Origin: an archaeon BMS3Abin17
GTDB lineage: Archaea > Nanobdellota > Nanobdellia > Pacearchaeales > GW2011-AR1
Assembly: GCA_002897655.1 (NCBI GenBank)
Contig: BDTJ01000035.1
Coordinates: 1 to 56,053, forward strand
DNA length: 56,053 nt
Direction: 5' to 3'
Shown here piece by piece: positions 1 through 8,820 of this stretch. The notes under the pieces were generated by a model, which made no database searches, was not told the origin of the DNA, and saw only the letters and a program-made list of their open reading frames with translations. The position numbers and the translations under genes were made by a program. Within the stretch, counting starts at the first letter, position 1, and the number at the start of each line of letters is the position of its first letter.

Positions 1-42
1 TATCACCGAAATATTTATATATACTTGTATATAAAATTATAT

Positions 43-204
43 ATGAGAAAAAGAAGCATAAAATTGGAAAAAGGCAAGTTAGAATTAAAGGATGAATTTG
101 AATTAATATTTGAAAAGACTATTACGAAGTTTGGTAATGGGGCAAAGATAGATGCTCCAAAAGAATTCCTAGGGAAGAAAGTTTATGTGATTCTTAGAAA
201 ATAG
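43..204 (+). CDS. DUF2080-like small (transposon-associated) AbrB-fold protein, 53 aa
   Basis: Not in the ORF track. Manual translation MRKRSIKLEKGKLELKDEFELIFEKTITKFGNGAKIDAPKEFLGKKVYVILRK shows the FGNGAK..PKE.LGKKVYV motif; TATA-like sequence upstream. Confidence 0.75.
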   Translation: MRKRSIKLEKGKLELKDEFELIFEKTITKFGNGAKIDAPKEFLGKKVYVILRK

Positions 205-218
205 ATATTCTTAATTTA

Positions 219-253
219 TACGCAAACCCTGAGAAGAAAAATCAATGTTTGCG
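219..253. terminator. Hairpin between convergent genes
   Basis: ACGCAAAC...GTTTGCGT 8-bp inverted repeat. Confidence 0.4.
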
Positions 254-261
254 TCTGAAGT

Positions 262-723
262 TTATTTCTTTCCCAAAATCCTTCTCTCCAAAGATTTGAT
301 TTGCCGACTAATTTTTACATGAGAACTATTCCCAAAATACTTACCCTTAGGATTTAGGAAATATTTGTATTTTATTAAACAGAAATTTCCCTTTTTAGGA
401 TTAAGAATATCTCTCTTTTCCCATTCTCCTTTGAGAAAATTTCCCTTAAATACTCCTTTGAATAATCTTGCATCTTGGCTCTCAGAAAGATAGTTGTCTA
501 CTCTAAAACTAACCTCTTTTCCATGAATTTTGCCATCTAATCTCCAAATTCCATCATTATCAACTAAAGAGCCTCTTGCATTTTTACTTTTTTTAGGGTC
601 AAATTTATTACTAAGATACAATATAATCATTTTAGCATTATTTTCTTCTCCCTCTTCACAACAAAATCCAACATAATTTGGATTGAATTTCCTTTTTTGA
701 TACGTTATTTTGTTTTGATACAT
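262..723 (-). CDS. Hypothetical protein
   Basis: 153-aa ORF, no recognised motif. Confidence 0.6.
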   Translation of the reverse strand: MYQNKITYQKRKFNPNYVGFCCEEGEENNAKMIILYLSNKFDPKKSKNARGSLVDNDGIWRLDGKIHGKEVSFRVDNYLSESQDARLFKGVFKGNFLKGEWEKRDILNPKKGNFCLIKYKYFLNPKGKYFGNSSHVKISRQIKSLERRILGKK

Positions 724-776
724 TATATCTTTTACAATAAAACATTTATAAAAATGATTATGTTATAATATATATC

Positions 777-1142
777 ATGCCTATCTTTGTAATACATGAA
801 CATCATGCAAGAAATCTGCACTGGGATTTTAGATTAGAAGTTGCAGGAGTCCTAAAGTCATGGGCAATTCCAAAACAGCCTCCCAGAACAAAAGGGATAA
901 AGCGCCTTGCAATTCAGGTTGAAGACCATCTCAAGAGTTATGCTAATTTTCAGGGCGAAATAAAAGAGGGTTATGGAAAAGGAACAGTAAAAATCTGGGA
1001 TAAAGGAACATACAAACTTGAGGATAAAAAACCAGATAAAATTGTATTTGAATTAAAAGGAAAAAAGCTCAAGGGAAAATATGTTTTGTTAAAAACAGCT
1101 ATTGGAGGGGATAAAAAGAATTGGTTGTTTTTTAAGGTTTAA
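777..1142 (+). CDS. Stand-alone LigD-type 3'-phosphoesterase (PE domain)
   Basis: FVIHEHHARNLHWDFRLE, LKSWAIPK, RLAIQVEDH, YGKGTVKIWDKG motifs. Confidence 0.92.
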   Translation: MPIFVIHEHHARNLHWDFRLEVAGVLKSWAIPKQPPRTKGIKRLAIQVEDHLKSYANFQGEIKEGYGKGTVKIWDKGTYKLEDKKPDKIVFELKGKKLKGKYVLLKTAIGGDKKNWLFFKV

Positions 1143-1166
1143 TAACACAGAAAGGTTTATATATTA

Positions 1167-1195
1167 GTTATACTTCTGTTATACATAAGTATAAC
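1167..1195 (+). promoter_or_regulatory. Probable autoregulatory operator of the AbrB-VapC TA operon
   Basis: GTTATACTT...AAGTATAAC inverted repeat just downstream of a TTTATATA TATA box (1156-1163). Confidence 0.55.
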
Positions 1196-1208
1196 AAACT
1201 GATTTAAC

Positions 1209-1427
1209 ATGGAAATTGAAACAACTATTAAGAAAATAGGAAACTCTTTTGGGGTGCTTTTCCCAAAGGAATTTGTTAAGGAAAAAAGTTTGCAAGAAAA
1301 TAAAAAAGTTATTATAAATATAATTAAAGTTGCAGACCTTTCTGATATTTTTGGTTCTTTAAAAGGGAAAATAAAGATGTCAGGTCAAAAAATGAAAGAT
1401 CTTGCGAGAGAAGGATGGGAGAAATAA
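1209..1427 (+). CDS. AbrB/MazE-family antitoxin
   Basis: KKIGNSFGVLFPKE motif; overlaps the PIN toxin gene. Confidence 0.85.
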   Translation: MEIETTIKKIGNSFGVLFPKEFVKEKSLQENKKVIINIIKVADLSDIFGSLKGKIKMSGQKMKDLAREGWEK

Positions 1428-1792
1428 GAAATTTCTTTTTTGACACTTATGCCTTTATAGAAATAGTTAAGGAAAATAAGAATTACGAACCTTACAAGAA
1501 GAATATAGGGATTGTCACAACTATTTTTAATCTGATGGAACTGCATTATTCATTGTTAAGAACTGTCGGGAAAGCAGAGGCAGACAAACATTTTGATAGA
1601 TTATTATCTTTTATTATTGAAATTCCTAAAGAAGTTATTAAGGAAGCCAATCATTTTAAATTGATAAACCGGAAAAAAAGACTTTCTTATGTGGATTGTA
1701 TTGGATATATTTTCTCAAAAAGAATGGGAATAAAATTTCTTACAGGAGATAATCAATTTAAGGATTTTGAGAATGCAGAGTTTGTGAAGTGA
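1415..1792 (+). CDS. PIN-domain VapC toxin
   Basis: FFDTYAFIE, LSYVDCIGY, FLTGD..F motifs. Confidence 0.88.
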   Translation: MGEIRNFFFDTYAFIEIVKENKNYEPYKKNIGIVTTIFNLMELHYSLLRTVGKAEADKHFDRLLSFIIEIPKEVIKEANHFKLINRKKRLSYVDCIGYIFSKRMGIKFLTGDNQFKDFENAEFVK

Positions 1793-1805
1793 TTGTTTTT
1801 TAGGT

Positions 1806-2204
1806 TTAATATACTCTTTCTATTCGGGCATTTTTCAGTCTTGAAAGAACTAAATCTTCTTCTGAATTTTCAAAATATTTTTCGCGAATAATCTCTATCG
1901 CATTTTGATAGATGATTTCATAATGTCTGGACTCTATTCCTATAGTCTTTGAAATGTCTTCAGTATTCTCAAGTATTAGAATAGGAACTCTTCCAATATT
2001 ATTCTTCATAGCAGCAATAGTTCTTTTGTGTCCATCATTTGGTATATACATTCCTAATCTTGAAAATTCTTTAGGGGCTGCAAATACGGGTATGGGATTT
2101 TTTTCAAACCAATTAGGATCTTGGACTAAATTACAAATATCTGAAGTAGTTCTTAGATTATGTCATAAAATTATGTTTTTAGGATCTGTAGTTGTCCTTT
2201 TCAT
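1806..2204 (-). pseudogene. ParB/Srx-like small protein with an in-frame TGA (2163-2165)
   Basis: Frame from ATG 2204 reads MKRTTTDPKNIIL*HNLRTTSDICNLVQDPNWFEKNPIPV...YIPNDGHKRTIAA; DGHxR is a ParB-N-like motif. Confidence 0.5.
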
Positions 2205-2238
2205 CTTTATCTCACTCAGAAATCATCTCCTTTTAAAC

Positions 2239-3108
2239 CTAATCCTCTTCTGCTGTCCACCAGTCAAGGTCAGGAATATCTGCTTCTATTTTTTTTGCCT
2301 TGCAATATCCTTTTGCCAATAGATAAAATATAACCCCTAAACTTCTTGAGTTTTTGTTGTTTCCAATTATAATCTGGTCAGTTCCTTTTGAGAAATTATT
2401 TGTGTCACAAATCATCAAAACCTTTTTCCTTACATTCAGAGTATCATTAAGAGCGTTTCTGTCAAGCCAGGAGTCAGTTACAATTGTTAATTCATTCTCA
2501 AAAAAATCAGGAAGTTGGGTGTTTGTCAGGATTCCTGCAGGATATTTTTTAGTAAAGACTCTTATTCCTGTTAATCTTGAAAACATTTCTGCTGCTTTCC
2601 ATCCAACCTGCCTCTTACATACAAGGATTACGTCTTCTGGAGCAAATTTTGAAAGATATTCAATTCCTTCTTTTAATTTCTCATCAATTAAATCTGTATT
2701 AAAAATAGCTAATCCATCTGCTCTTCTTCTATAAACAAAAGCTCTCATATCAGGAGTTACAACCTTTGTCCCGAGATAAATTCCTGCTTTTACATATTCA
2801 TCAAGTGGAATAAGCATGTCTGCTCTTTTTTTAAGCTTAATCTGTTCTTTAAGTTCCTTTGTTGTAGGCCCTTCACTAGAAATCTTCTCCTTTAATTTTT
2901 TAGCCTTCTCTAGAAGCTCTTTTTTCTTTTTCTCAATATCTAATGGCTTTTCTGTTTTTAGAGATTCCTTTTCAGCGGCTTTCTCTAAGGCCACAGAATC
3001 TTGTTCATTTTCTGATTCTGTGCTGCCAAAATTCTCTTTGGAATTTTTAGCATCTTTTCCTTTTAATTCTTCTTTTACTTCTTCAGCATCAGCTTTTTTC
3101 TTTGCCAT
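2239..3108 (-). CDS. rps2: 30S ribosomal protein uS2 with a long charged N-terminal extension
   Basis: YVKAGIYLGTK...DMRAFVYRRRADGL, AGILTN, DTNN, GNNK motifs. Confidence 0.95.
   Translation of the reverse strand: MAKKKADAEEVKEELKGKDAKNSKENFGSTESENEQDSVALEKAAEKESLKTEKPLDIEKKKKELLEKAKKLKEKISSEGPTTKELKEQIKLKKRADMLIPLDEYVKAGIYLGTKVVTPDMRAFVYRRRADGLAIFNTDLIDEKLKEGIEYLSKFAPEDVILVCKRQVGWKAAEMFSRLTGIRVFTKKYPAGILTNTQLPDFFENELTIVTDSWLDRNALNDTLNVRKKVLMICDTNNFSKGTDQIIIGNNKNSRSLGVIFYLLAKGYCKAKKIEADIPDLDWWTAEED
2989..3054 (-). repeat. Twin-hairpin palindromic element inserted in frame in rps2
   Basis: Minus strand CTAAAAATTC-caaaga-GAATTTTGG cag CACAGAATC-loop-GATTCTGTGG; encodes DAKNSKENFGSTESENEQDSVA. 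Confidence 0.75.
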
Positions 3109-3172
3109 AAAATTTTCTTTCCATTTCTTTAAATTTTGTGGTTCAGAAAATCGTTAGATTTTCTTTTGCCAT
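3109..3172 (-). repeat. Start-codon-duplicating hairpin leader element of rps2
   Basis: ATGGCAAA at 3172 and at 3108; uORF MAKENLTIF*; hairpins AGAAAATC/GATTTTCT and CCACAAAATTT/AAATTTTATGG, the latter covering the second ATG. Confidence 0.7.
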
Positions 3173-3278
3173 GAGAATTGTGAGAAAAATATGTTTTTAA
3201 AACTTGCGTAAGCTTTGCTTCGGAAGTTCCAGAAAATATAAAATTTTCTGAAGGTTTAGTCTGAGTTTTTTAGTGCAA

Positions 3279-3299
3279 CGCCCCCACTGAGCTTCGAAC
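3279..3299 (-). other. Orphan tRNA 3'-end fragment
   Basis: GTTCGAAG-CTCAG-TGGGGGC-G = T loop, 3' T stem, 3' acceptor strand, discriminator; no 5' half; abuts the eno stop codon. Confidence 0.6.
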
Positions 3300-4480
3300 T
3301 ACCTCAAACTCCTCTCGATTTCAATAAGCCTCTTTATCTTTGCCTCACGCTCTTTGCCTGTTATCCCACATTTAAAGAAATCTGCTCCAAAACCAAAGGC
3401 TAAATCAGCAAGGATTGTCTCTTCTGTTACCTCGCTTCTATGGGAAAAAACTATCTTTATATTGTTTTTTTTTGCTAATTCACAGACTCTTTTAACCTCA
3501 AGAAGAGAACCGCACTGGTTTGGTTTTACAATAATTGCATTTACACTCTTCATATCAATTGCTTTTTGAAGTCTTTTATGATTTGTTACAATTAAATCAT
3601 CTCCAACAATAAGTGAATTAGGATATTTTTTTAATAATTTAGAGTGTGATTCAAAATCCTCCTCACTAAAAGGGTCTTCAATATAAAAAAGATTAAAATT
3701 CTTAATCAAATTGCTTAAATAACCTAATTGCTCTTCACTATCTCTGTCCAGCTTGGGATTTTGATAATGATATTTTTTTCTCTTGTAAAATCCTGAAGAT
3801 GCTACATCTGTTCCTAAAGGGATTTTTACTCTCTTAAGTGTATCAAAAATTTCTTTTTCATTTAAAGTGGTCATCCATGCATCTTCATCATTCTTCTTAT
3901 TCTTGAAATTTTTATCTACTTCTTCAAGAAAATTTCCAACTTGTTTTTTTGTTTTTTTGTTTAATTCAAAGGCTTCTTTTACAGACTTTGAATTTGGAAT
4001 TAGTAAAAACTCTTGAAAATCAGGTTTTTTAAGAGCATCAGAGTGTTTTCCCCCTCCAATGCAGTTTCCAACTAATCTTGGAAATTTAGGCTTCTTTGAT
4101 TTAGCAAAGAAGTCATGAGAGGGATTAATCAATTGCCAGACCTGTTTTTTCTGTTCTTTTGCTATTGCTTTTAAAACAGCTGCTTCTAAAGCAAAGAGAG
4201 TATTTGCTCCTATTTGTCTATCCATTATATCTTCAATTCTTCTTAAATCATTAAAATCTTCTATTGATTCTTTAGAAAAATAACTGCTAAAATCTTTTAT
4301 TGCTTTAATATCCCCTTCTAAACTTTTTTTATAGATTTTTACAGCATATTTTCCTGTCGACTGTCCTTTTGGTGCACTTGCAGAAAACTTACCAACATTT
4401 GTCTTAATAGTAACTTGTATTGTCTTTTCTTTTCCAGAATCTAGAATCCATTTTGCCGAAACCTCTTTTATAACAACCAT
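3299..4480 (-). CDS. eno: Enolase (divergent)
   Basis: GGKH, FQEF, DVASS, IEDPF, VGDDL, KPNQ, SHRS motifs; lies next to rps2 as in many archaea. Confidence 0.92.
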   Translation of the reverse strand: MVVIKEVSAKWILDSGKEKTIQVTIKTNVGKFSASAPKGQSTGKYAVKIYKKSLEGDIKAIKDFSSYFSKESIEDFNDLRRIEDIMDRQIGANTLFALEAAVLKAIAKEQKKQVWQLINPSHDFFAKSKKPKFPRLVGNCIGGGKHSDALKKPDFQEFLLIPNSKSVKEAFELNKKTKKQVGNFLEEVDKNFKNKKNDEDAWMTTLNEKEIFDTLKRVKIPLGTDVASSGFYKRKKYHYQNPKLDRDSEEQLGYLSNLIKNFNLFYIEDPFSEEDFESHSKLLKKYPNSLIVGDDLIVTNHKRLQKAIDMKSVNAIIVKPNQCGSLLEVKRVCELAKKNNIKIVFSHRSEVTEETILADLAFGFGADFFKCGITGKEREAKIKRLIEIERSLR

Positions 4481-4521
4481 TAAACAGAAAAATGAAATCT
4501 GGTTTATATAGATTTGGTTAA

Positions 4522-5208
4522 CTATATATAATCATCAACATCAATATCTCCCCCAGAATCTTTTCCTAAGCTTTCTTTTGCCGCATTAACTATAACTTCT
4601 GCAACTTTTTTTGGAGGAATTCCCTGAAAGCCAGTCATTGGAGTTGCTGTTAAGCTTGGATTCACATTATAGAACCTTATTTTATTATTGCAATACTCTT
4701 TTGCCATTGCTTTAGTAAATCCTCTAACTCCAAATTTTGTTGCGCAATATGGGGCAACTTCATCTTCTCCAACTTTTCCATATACACTTGCTATATTAAT
4801 TATTACTCCTTCTTTTTGTTTTTCCATTTGAAGCAAAATATTTTTTGTCATATTGATTAGCCCCTTTAAATTAACATTTATTTGGTCTTCAATTTCTTTT
4901 TCAGTTTGCTCCACTAAATTTTTTATCACAACAATCCCTGCATTATTAATCAAAACATCAATAGAACCAAACTTGTCAATTATTTTCTCAACAGCTTTGC
5001 TTACAGAACTGCTATCAGCAACATTTAATTTAACCAGCATACATTCTGTTATTTTTGCACATTCTTGCAGTGTTTTTTCAGCATCTTTTTTATTAGTATT
5101 ATAAGTTATAATTATTTTTGAACCTTGCTTTGTAAATTCTTTAACTGCCTCTTTCCCTATGCCTCTACTGCTGCCTGTAATTAAAACTACTTTGTTTTTA
5201 AGCTCCAT
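4522..5208 (-). CDS. Short-chain dehydrogenase/reductase
   Basis: TGSSRGIG, NNAG, YCATK motifs. Confidence 0.93.
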   Translation of the reverse strand: MELKNKVVLITGSSRGIGKEAVKEFTKQGSKIIITYNTNKKDAEKTLQECAKITECMLVKLNVADSSSVSKAVEKIIDKFGSIDVLINNAGIVVIKNLVEQTEKEIEDQINVNLKGLINMTKNILLQMEKQKEGVIINIASVYGKVGEDEVAPYCATKFGVRGFTKAMAKEYCNNKIRFYNVNPSLTATPMTGFQGIPPKKVAEVIVNAAKESLGKDSGGDIDVDDYI

Positions 5209-5219
5209 TTTTTGGTAAT

Positions 5220-5689
5220 CTATTTATTAAACTCAATTTTTCTTCTTGGATAGTCTTCAAAATTTATCTCATCATACCATATGCCTTGTTTTGGAGTAAT
5301 CTTGTAGATTTTTGTATCCTTCATCTTCACTTTTTTGTTAACAAACTTAATATATTGAGAGACTTTAGGGTATTTCTTAAGAAAATTCATATAAGCGATT
5401 AGCAGTTCTTTACCCTTTACTTGTTTTGCAGTTCCTTCCAGCATCAATCCTTGGACATCCTGCCCTACACCTTTACTCATTTTAGGATTGACAATAGAGA
5501 CTGCAACACTTGGATTATTAATTATCTCTTTTGAATGTTTAGATGTAGAAGGAGAAATATAATAAAAATTAAAATTCTTATCATAAGAGAACCAGCAATT
5601 AAAGATTCTGGGTTTATTGTTTTGAGAAGTTGAAACCTGCATTAATTCAAATATTTTTTAATAATATTCAATACATCTTTTTTATTCAT
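5220..5689 (-). pseudogene. Pyridoxamine 5'-phosphate oxidase-like (FMN split-barrel) protein, frameshifted near the N-terminus
   Basis: MQVST..PR..WF.YD...YYIS..SKHSKEI..NPSVAV..QGL..EG motif; upstream ATG 5689 gives MNKKDVLNIIKKYLN* out of frame with ATG 5642. Confidence 0.6.
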
Positions 5690-5734
5690 AATAAAAAAAG
5701 TTGAATTCAGTTTATATAATTTACTTTTAGAAAT

Positions 5735-6112
5735 CTACTCTTCTCTCTCTGCTTCTTTCTGTGTTTCTTCTTCTGCTTCATCCTCGGGCTTAGCAAGTTC
5801 CATTATTTCCCCTTCTTTTGTAATTTCTTCCTCTTCTTTAGCTTCTTTCTCTTCTATTTTCTTGTCACTGATTTGTACTTCTTTTGGCCTCTTTAGTTTT
5901 TCTTCTTTTTTATGGGGGAAAGGTTTCTTTATTGAGATTGGAAGTATATTTGATTCAAATTCAACTTCTGCTATTTTAAGAGAGTCAAATTTTATCTTTT
6001 CTAAATCTTCTTCGCTAATTTTTATCAATAAAGGCGCATTCATGGCTATTTGCAATGCTCTTGCTCCAAGAATCCTTGCTCTTTCATATTTGGTAAATTC
6101 ATCTTGTTTCAT
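5735..6112 (-). CDS. rpoK: RNA polymerase subunit Rpo6/K with acidic tail
   Basis: FTKYERARILGARALQIAMNAP. Confidence 0.95.
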   Translation of the reverse strand: MKQDEFTKYERARILGARALQIAMNAPLLIKISEEDLEKIKFDSLKIAEVEFESNILPISIKKPFPHKKEEKLKRPKEVQISDKKIEEKEAKEEEEITKEGEIMELAKPEDEAEEETQKEAEREE

Positions 6113-6351
6113 CTTCTCATTCTTAGGGAACTAAATGTTCTTCCATCAAATGCTCTTTCTACATTTGCTGTTGAATATAATCCTGATGGAAATCTTCCAT
6201 GGCCTTCCTCTGTCTTTCTATATCTATCTGTTGTTGAAATTATCATATAAGAAAAACAAGTCTCAAAATTTCTTCTACCTTGTTCATCTCTCTTACATTC
6301 ACATAAGCCATTACCATATTCTGGGCAGGTATTATCAGTGCTTTCTGTCAT
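6109..6351 (-). CDS. Small Cys-containing hypothetical protein inserted between rrp42 and rpoK
   Basis: ATGA overlaps with both neighbours. Confidence 0.55.
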   Translation of the reverse strand: MTESTDNTCPEYGNGLCECKRDEQGRRNFETCFSYMIISTTDRYRKTEEGHGRFPSGLYSTANVERAFDGRTFSSLRMRR

Positions 6352-7148
6352 TTTATTTGATGTTCTATTTTTTTAATTAAATCTCTTTCTACTTTTTCTA
6401 CCAAGTCTAAAATATTTTTAAACTCTTCTATACTCAATTCTTTTAATCCGCTTTTTTGCATAGAGGAAATTACCCCTTCTGAGCTTCCAATTGTTACTCT
6501 TGTTTCGCTGACATCTTCTTCCTCTCTTGTAGGGTCAACAATCAGATTGTTTCCAATCTTATGAATACTTACTGCCACAGGAGTTTCTTTTGAGACAGGA
6601 ATTTTTCTCTCTGTCCATTCACCATACAATACTTTTTCTCCTTTTTCATCATATTTTGGCATCTTTGCAGTTTTTAGTGCAGCTATTGCCCCAATTCCTG
6701 CAGCATCAAGCAAATTACCGTCGTCATTTAATGAATAAATATCTATGAACACTGTCCATACTTTTTCTCCTTTTTTTATGCATAACTTATCCAAATCAAT
6801 AAATTTGCTTTCTCTTATTCCTCTGTCAATTACTCTGCCTAATTCAATTGCAGGGAATTTTGGAGGCCCATTTTCAAATCTTGGAGAACTTAATGGAAGT
6901 AACTCTGCTGTTACCATCATGTTTCCTTTGTCAGGTGAATCAGGATATGGCTCTCCAACACCCATTTTAACTCCAACTATAACTTCTGTCTTCCCAATCT
7001 TTACTTTTGCACTTCCTTCTGCATTTTTTGAAACACCTGTTTCAATACTTATATCTCTGAATTCATCAAGCTTTCTTCCATCAAATCTTTTTCCATCTGA
7101 TAAATACTGCCTGATTCTCTCACCAGTTAAATTTGATGTTTCTATCAT
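6348..7148 (-). CDS. rrp42: Exosome core subunit Rrp42
   Basis: RFDGRKLDEFR, AEGSAKVKIGKT, PYPDSP, DDGNLLDA. Confidence 0.96.
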   Translation of the reverse strand: MIETSNLTGERIRQYLSDGKRFDGRKLDEFRDISIETGVSKNAEGSAKVKIGKTEVIVGVKMGVGEPYPDSPDKGNMMVTAELLPLSSPRFENGPPKFPAIELGRVIDRGIRESKFIDLDKLCIKKGEKVWTVFIDIYSLNDDGNLLDAAGIGAIAALKTAKMPKYDEKGEKVLYGEWTERKIPVSKETPVAVSIHKIGNNLIVDPTREEEDVSETRVTIGSSEGVISSMQKSGLKELSIEEFKNILDLVEKVERDLIKKIEHQIK

Positions 7149-7849
7149 TCTTTACCTCCGACTTCTTTTAGTGCTTTCTTTTGGACTTCATAGATTTTCT
7201 TAGTTGCTTTTCCTGCAAGCTCAACAGCTTCATTTAATTGCTTTGTCCCAATCTTGCCATCTAATTGAATATGCGTGATTTTTCCTTCATGAGTCATTGT
7301 AATTGGAATATCTGTAGCCCCTTCTCCTTCTTCCCAATCTTCTTCTTTTTTTGTCAAGTCAGTAACTAATTGTTTGTCTAACTTGCCTATTGAAACACTT
7401 GACACCAAATCCTTCATAGGTATTCCTGCGTGTGCAAGAGCCATTATAGCAGCATTTATTCCAGCACATCTTGTTGATGCATCTGCTTGTAAGATATGTA
7501 TATGAACATCAATCACCCTGTTTGGATAATTGTCAATCATAACAACAGGCTCTAAAGCCCACTCAGTTATCTTGCTAATCTCAGTGCTTCTTCTGCTTGG
7601 ACCAGGTCTTATTCTGTCTGTAACTGAAAAACTAAGCATGTTGTAATTGCATCTCAGAGTTCCCTTTGCAGAATTTCTCTGGTTTCGGGGATGATGTTCT
7701 TTTGGACCATAAACAGCAGCTATTGCAACAGTATTTCCAAAAGAAAACATTGCACTTCCATCAGCATTAGGTATAACTCCGACTTTCGCACTTATAGGTC
7801 TTAATTCATCTGGTTTTCTTCCATCTGGCCTTTTAAATGTTTTTGTCAT
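7145..7849 (-). CDS. rrp41: Exosome core subunit Rrp41
   Basis: RPDGRKPDELRPI, ADGSA, VYGPKE, PSRRSTEIS, QADASTR. Confidence 0.96.
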   Translation of the reverse strand: MTKTFKRPDGRKPDELRPISAKVGVIPNADGSAMFSFGNTVAIAAVYGPKEHHPRNQRNSAKGTLRCNYNMLSFSVTDRIRPGPSRRSTEISKITEWALEPVVMIDNYPNRVIDVHIHILQADASTRCAGINAAIMALAHAGIPMKDLVSSVSIGKLDKQLVTDLTKKEEDWEEGEGATDIPITMTHEGKITHIQLDGKIGTKQLNEAVELAGKATKKIYEVQKKALKEVGGKE

Positions 7850-8142
7850 TTTTTATTTTCCTCTAAATATTTTAAGTAAGTCCAATAATTTTTTCCACCC
7901 CTTAATGTAAACTTAACTCCTGCACTTTCACCCAAATCAGTCATAGCAGGACCAACTAATTTAATTCCACCGATAACATTAGCAATATCCTCTCCTTTAT
8001 TCTTTCCTATTTTTATACATGTATCACTTCCATTCAATAGATGTCCGCTTTTTCCTAATGATTCTGTGCATCCATCCTTACTATTAAGAATGCTTTTTAG
8101 GTTTCTTATATTCCCCTTTATCTCATAAATTAAATTTACCAT
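7846..8142 (-). CDS. Hypothetical protein inserted between rrp4 and rrp41
   Basis: Likely start ATG 8142, just after the rrp4 stop; ATGA overlap with rrp41. Confidence 0.6.
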   Translation of the reverse strand: MVNLIYEIKGNIRNLKSILNSKDGCTESLGKSGHLLNGSDTCIKIGKNKGEDIANVIGGIKLVGPAMTDLGESAGVKFTLRGGKNYWTYLKYLEENKK

Positions 8143-8143
8143 T

Positions 8144-8818
8144 TTATTTCTTCTCCTTTTCAAACCATTTTTTTACTTCTTCTGTTAAACCCGAGATAAA
8201 AGATTTTTCTGTGACAAACAAAATAGCTTTTTTTGCATATAATTCATCTTCTACTTTATTTCCTTTTATCCATATTAGCCCGTTCTGGCCAACTGTTATA
8301 TTACATCCTGTTTCGTCTTTTATTAATTTTATCATGCTTCCTTCTTTTCCAATTACTCTTGGAACTTTGTTAGGATTAATCTGGACAATAATCCCTTCAT
8401 CTATTCTTCCTAATCCTCTTGATTTTATGCTTAAGTCAATCCCTCTTCTATTAACATTCCATATTTTTGCAACAGCCATGTCTCCAATATCCATTACCTC
8501 TTCTAATCCGTCTTTGTTAACATATCTTGGAACCTCCATTAATGATAAAAAAGCATTATCAGATGTTCCGATGTTTAGTATCCATCCGTTAAATGTCATG
8601 TTCTCAACCTTTCCTATGACAACATTTCCTCTTCTTGGCTGATAAACCCCTGATAAAGGAATTACCTTGATTAGCTTTCTTGACTCTTCTGCTAAGCCAT
8701 ATTTCATTGCAACTATCTCATCTCCTTTTTTCTCTGTTCCTTCTCCTGGCAAGTAATCATTTCCTTTCATTATTACTTCGCCAGGAATTACTATTTTTCT
8801 TTCTGCTTTTTCTGTCAT
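8144..8818 (-). CDS. rrp4: Exosome cap subunit Rrp4 (S1+KH)
   Basis: VIPGE, VIPLSGVYQP, KVPRVIGKEGSM, VGQNGLIW. Confidence 0.96.
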   Translation of the reverse strand: MTEKAERKIVIPGEVIMKGNDYLPGEGTEKKGDEIVAMKYGLAEESRKLIKVIPLSGVYQPRRGNVVIGKVENMTFNGWILNIGTSDNAFLSLMEVPRYVNKDGLEEVMDIGDMAVAKIWNVNRRGIDLSIKSRGLGRIDEGIIVQINPNKVPRVIGKEGSMIKLIKDETGCNITVGQNGLIWIKGNKVEDELYAKKAILFVTEKSFISGLTEEVKKWFEKEKK

Positions 8819-8820
8819 TT

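Noticed and set aside
2163-2165. Genetic code reassignment of TGA
   Set aside because: TGA terminates many conserved genes here (rrp41, rrp42, rnj, mre11, fttA), and Trp is encoded by TGG.
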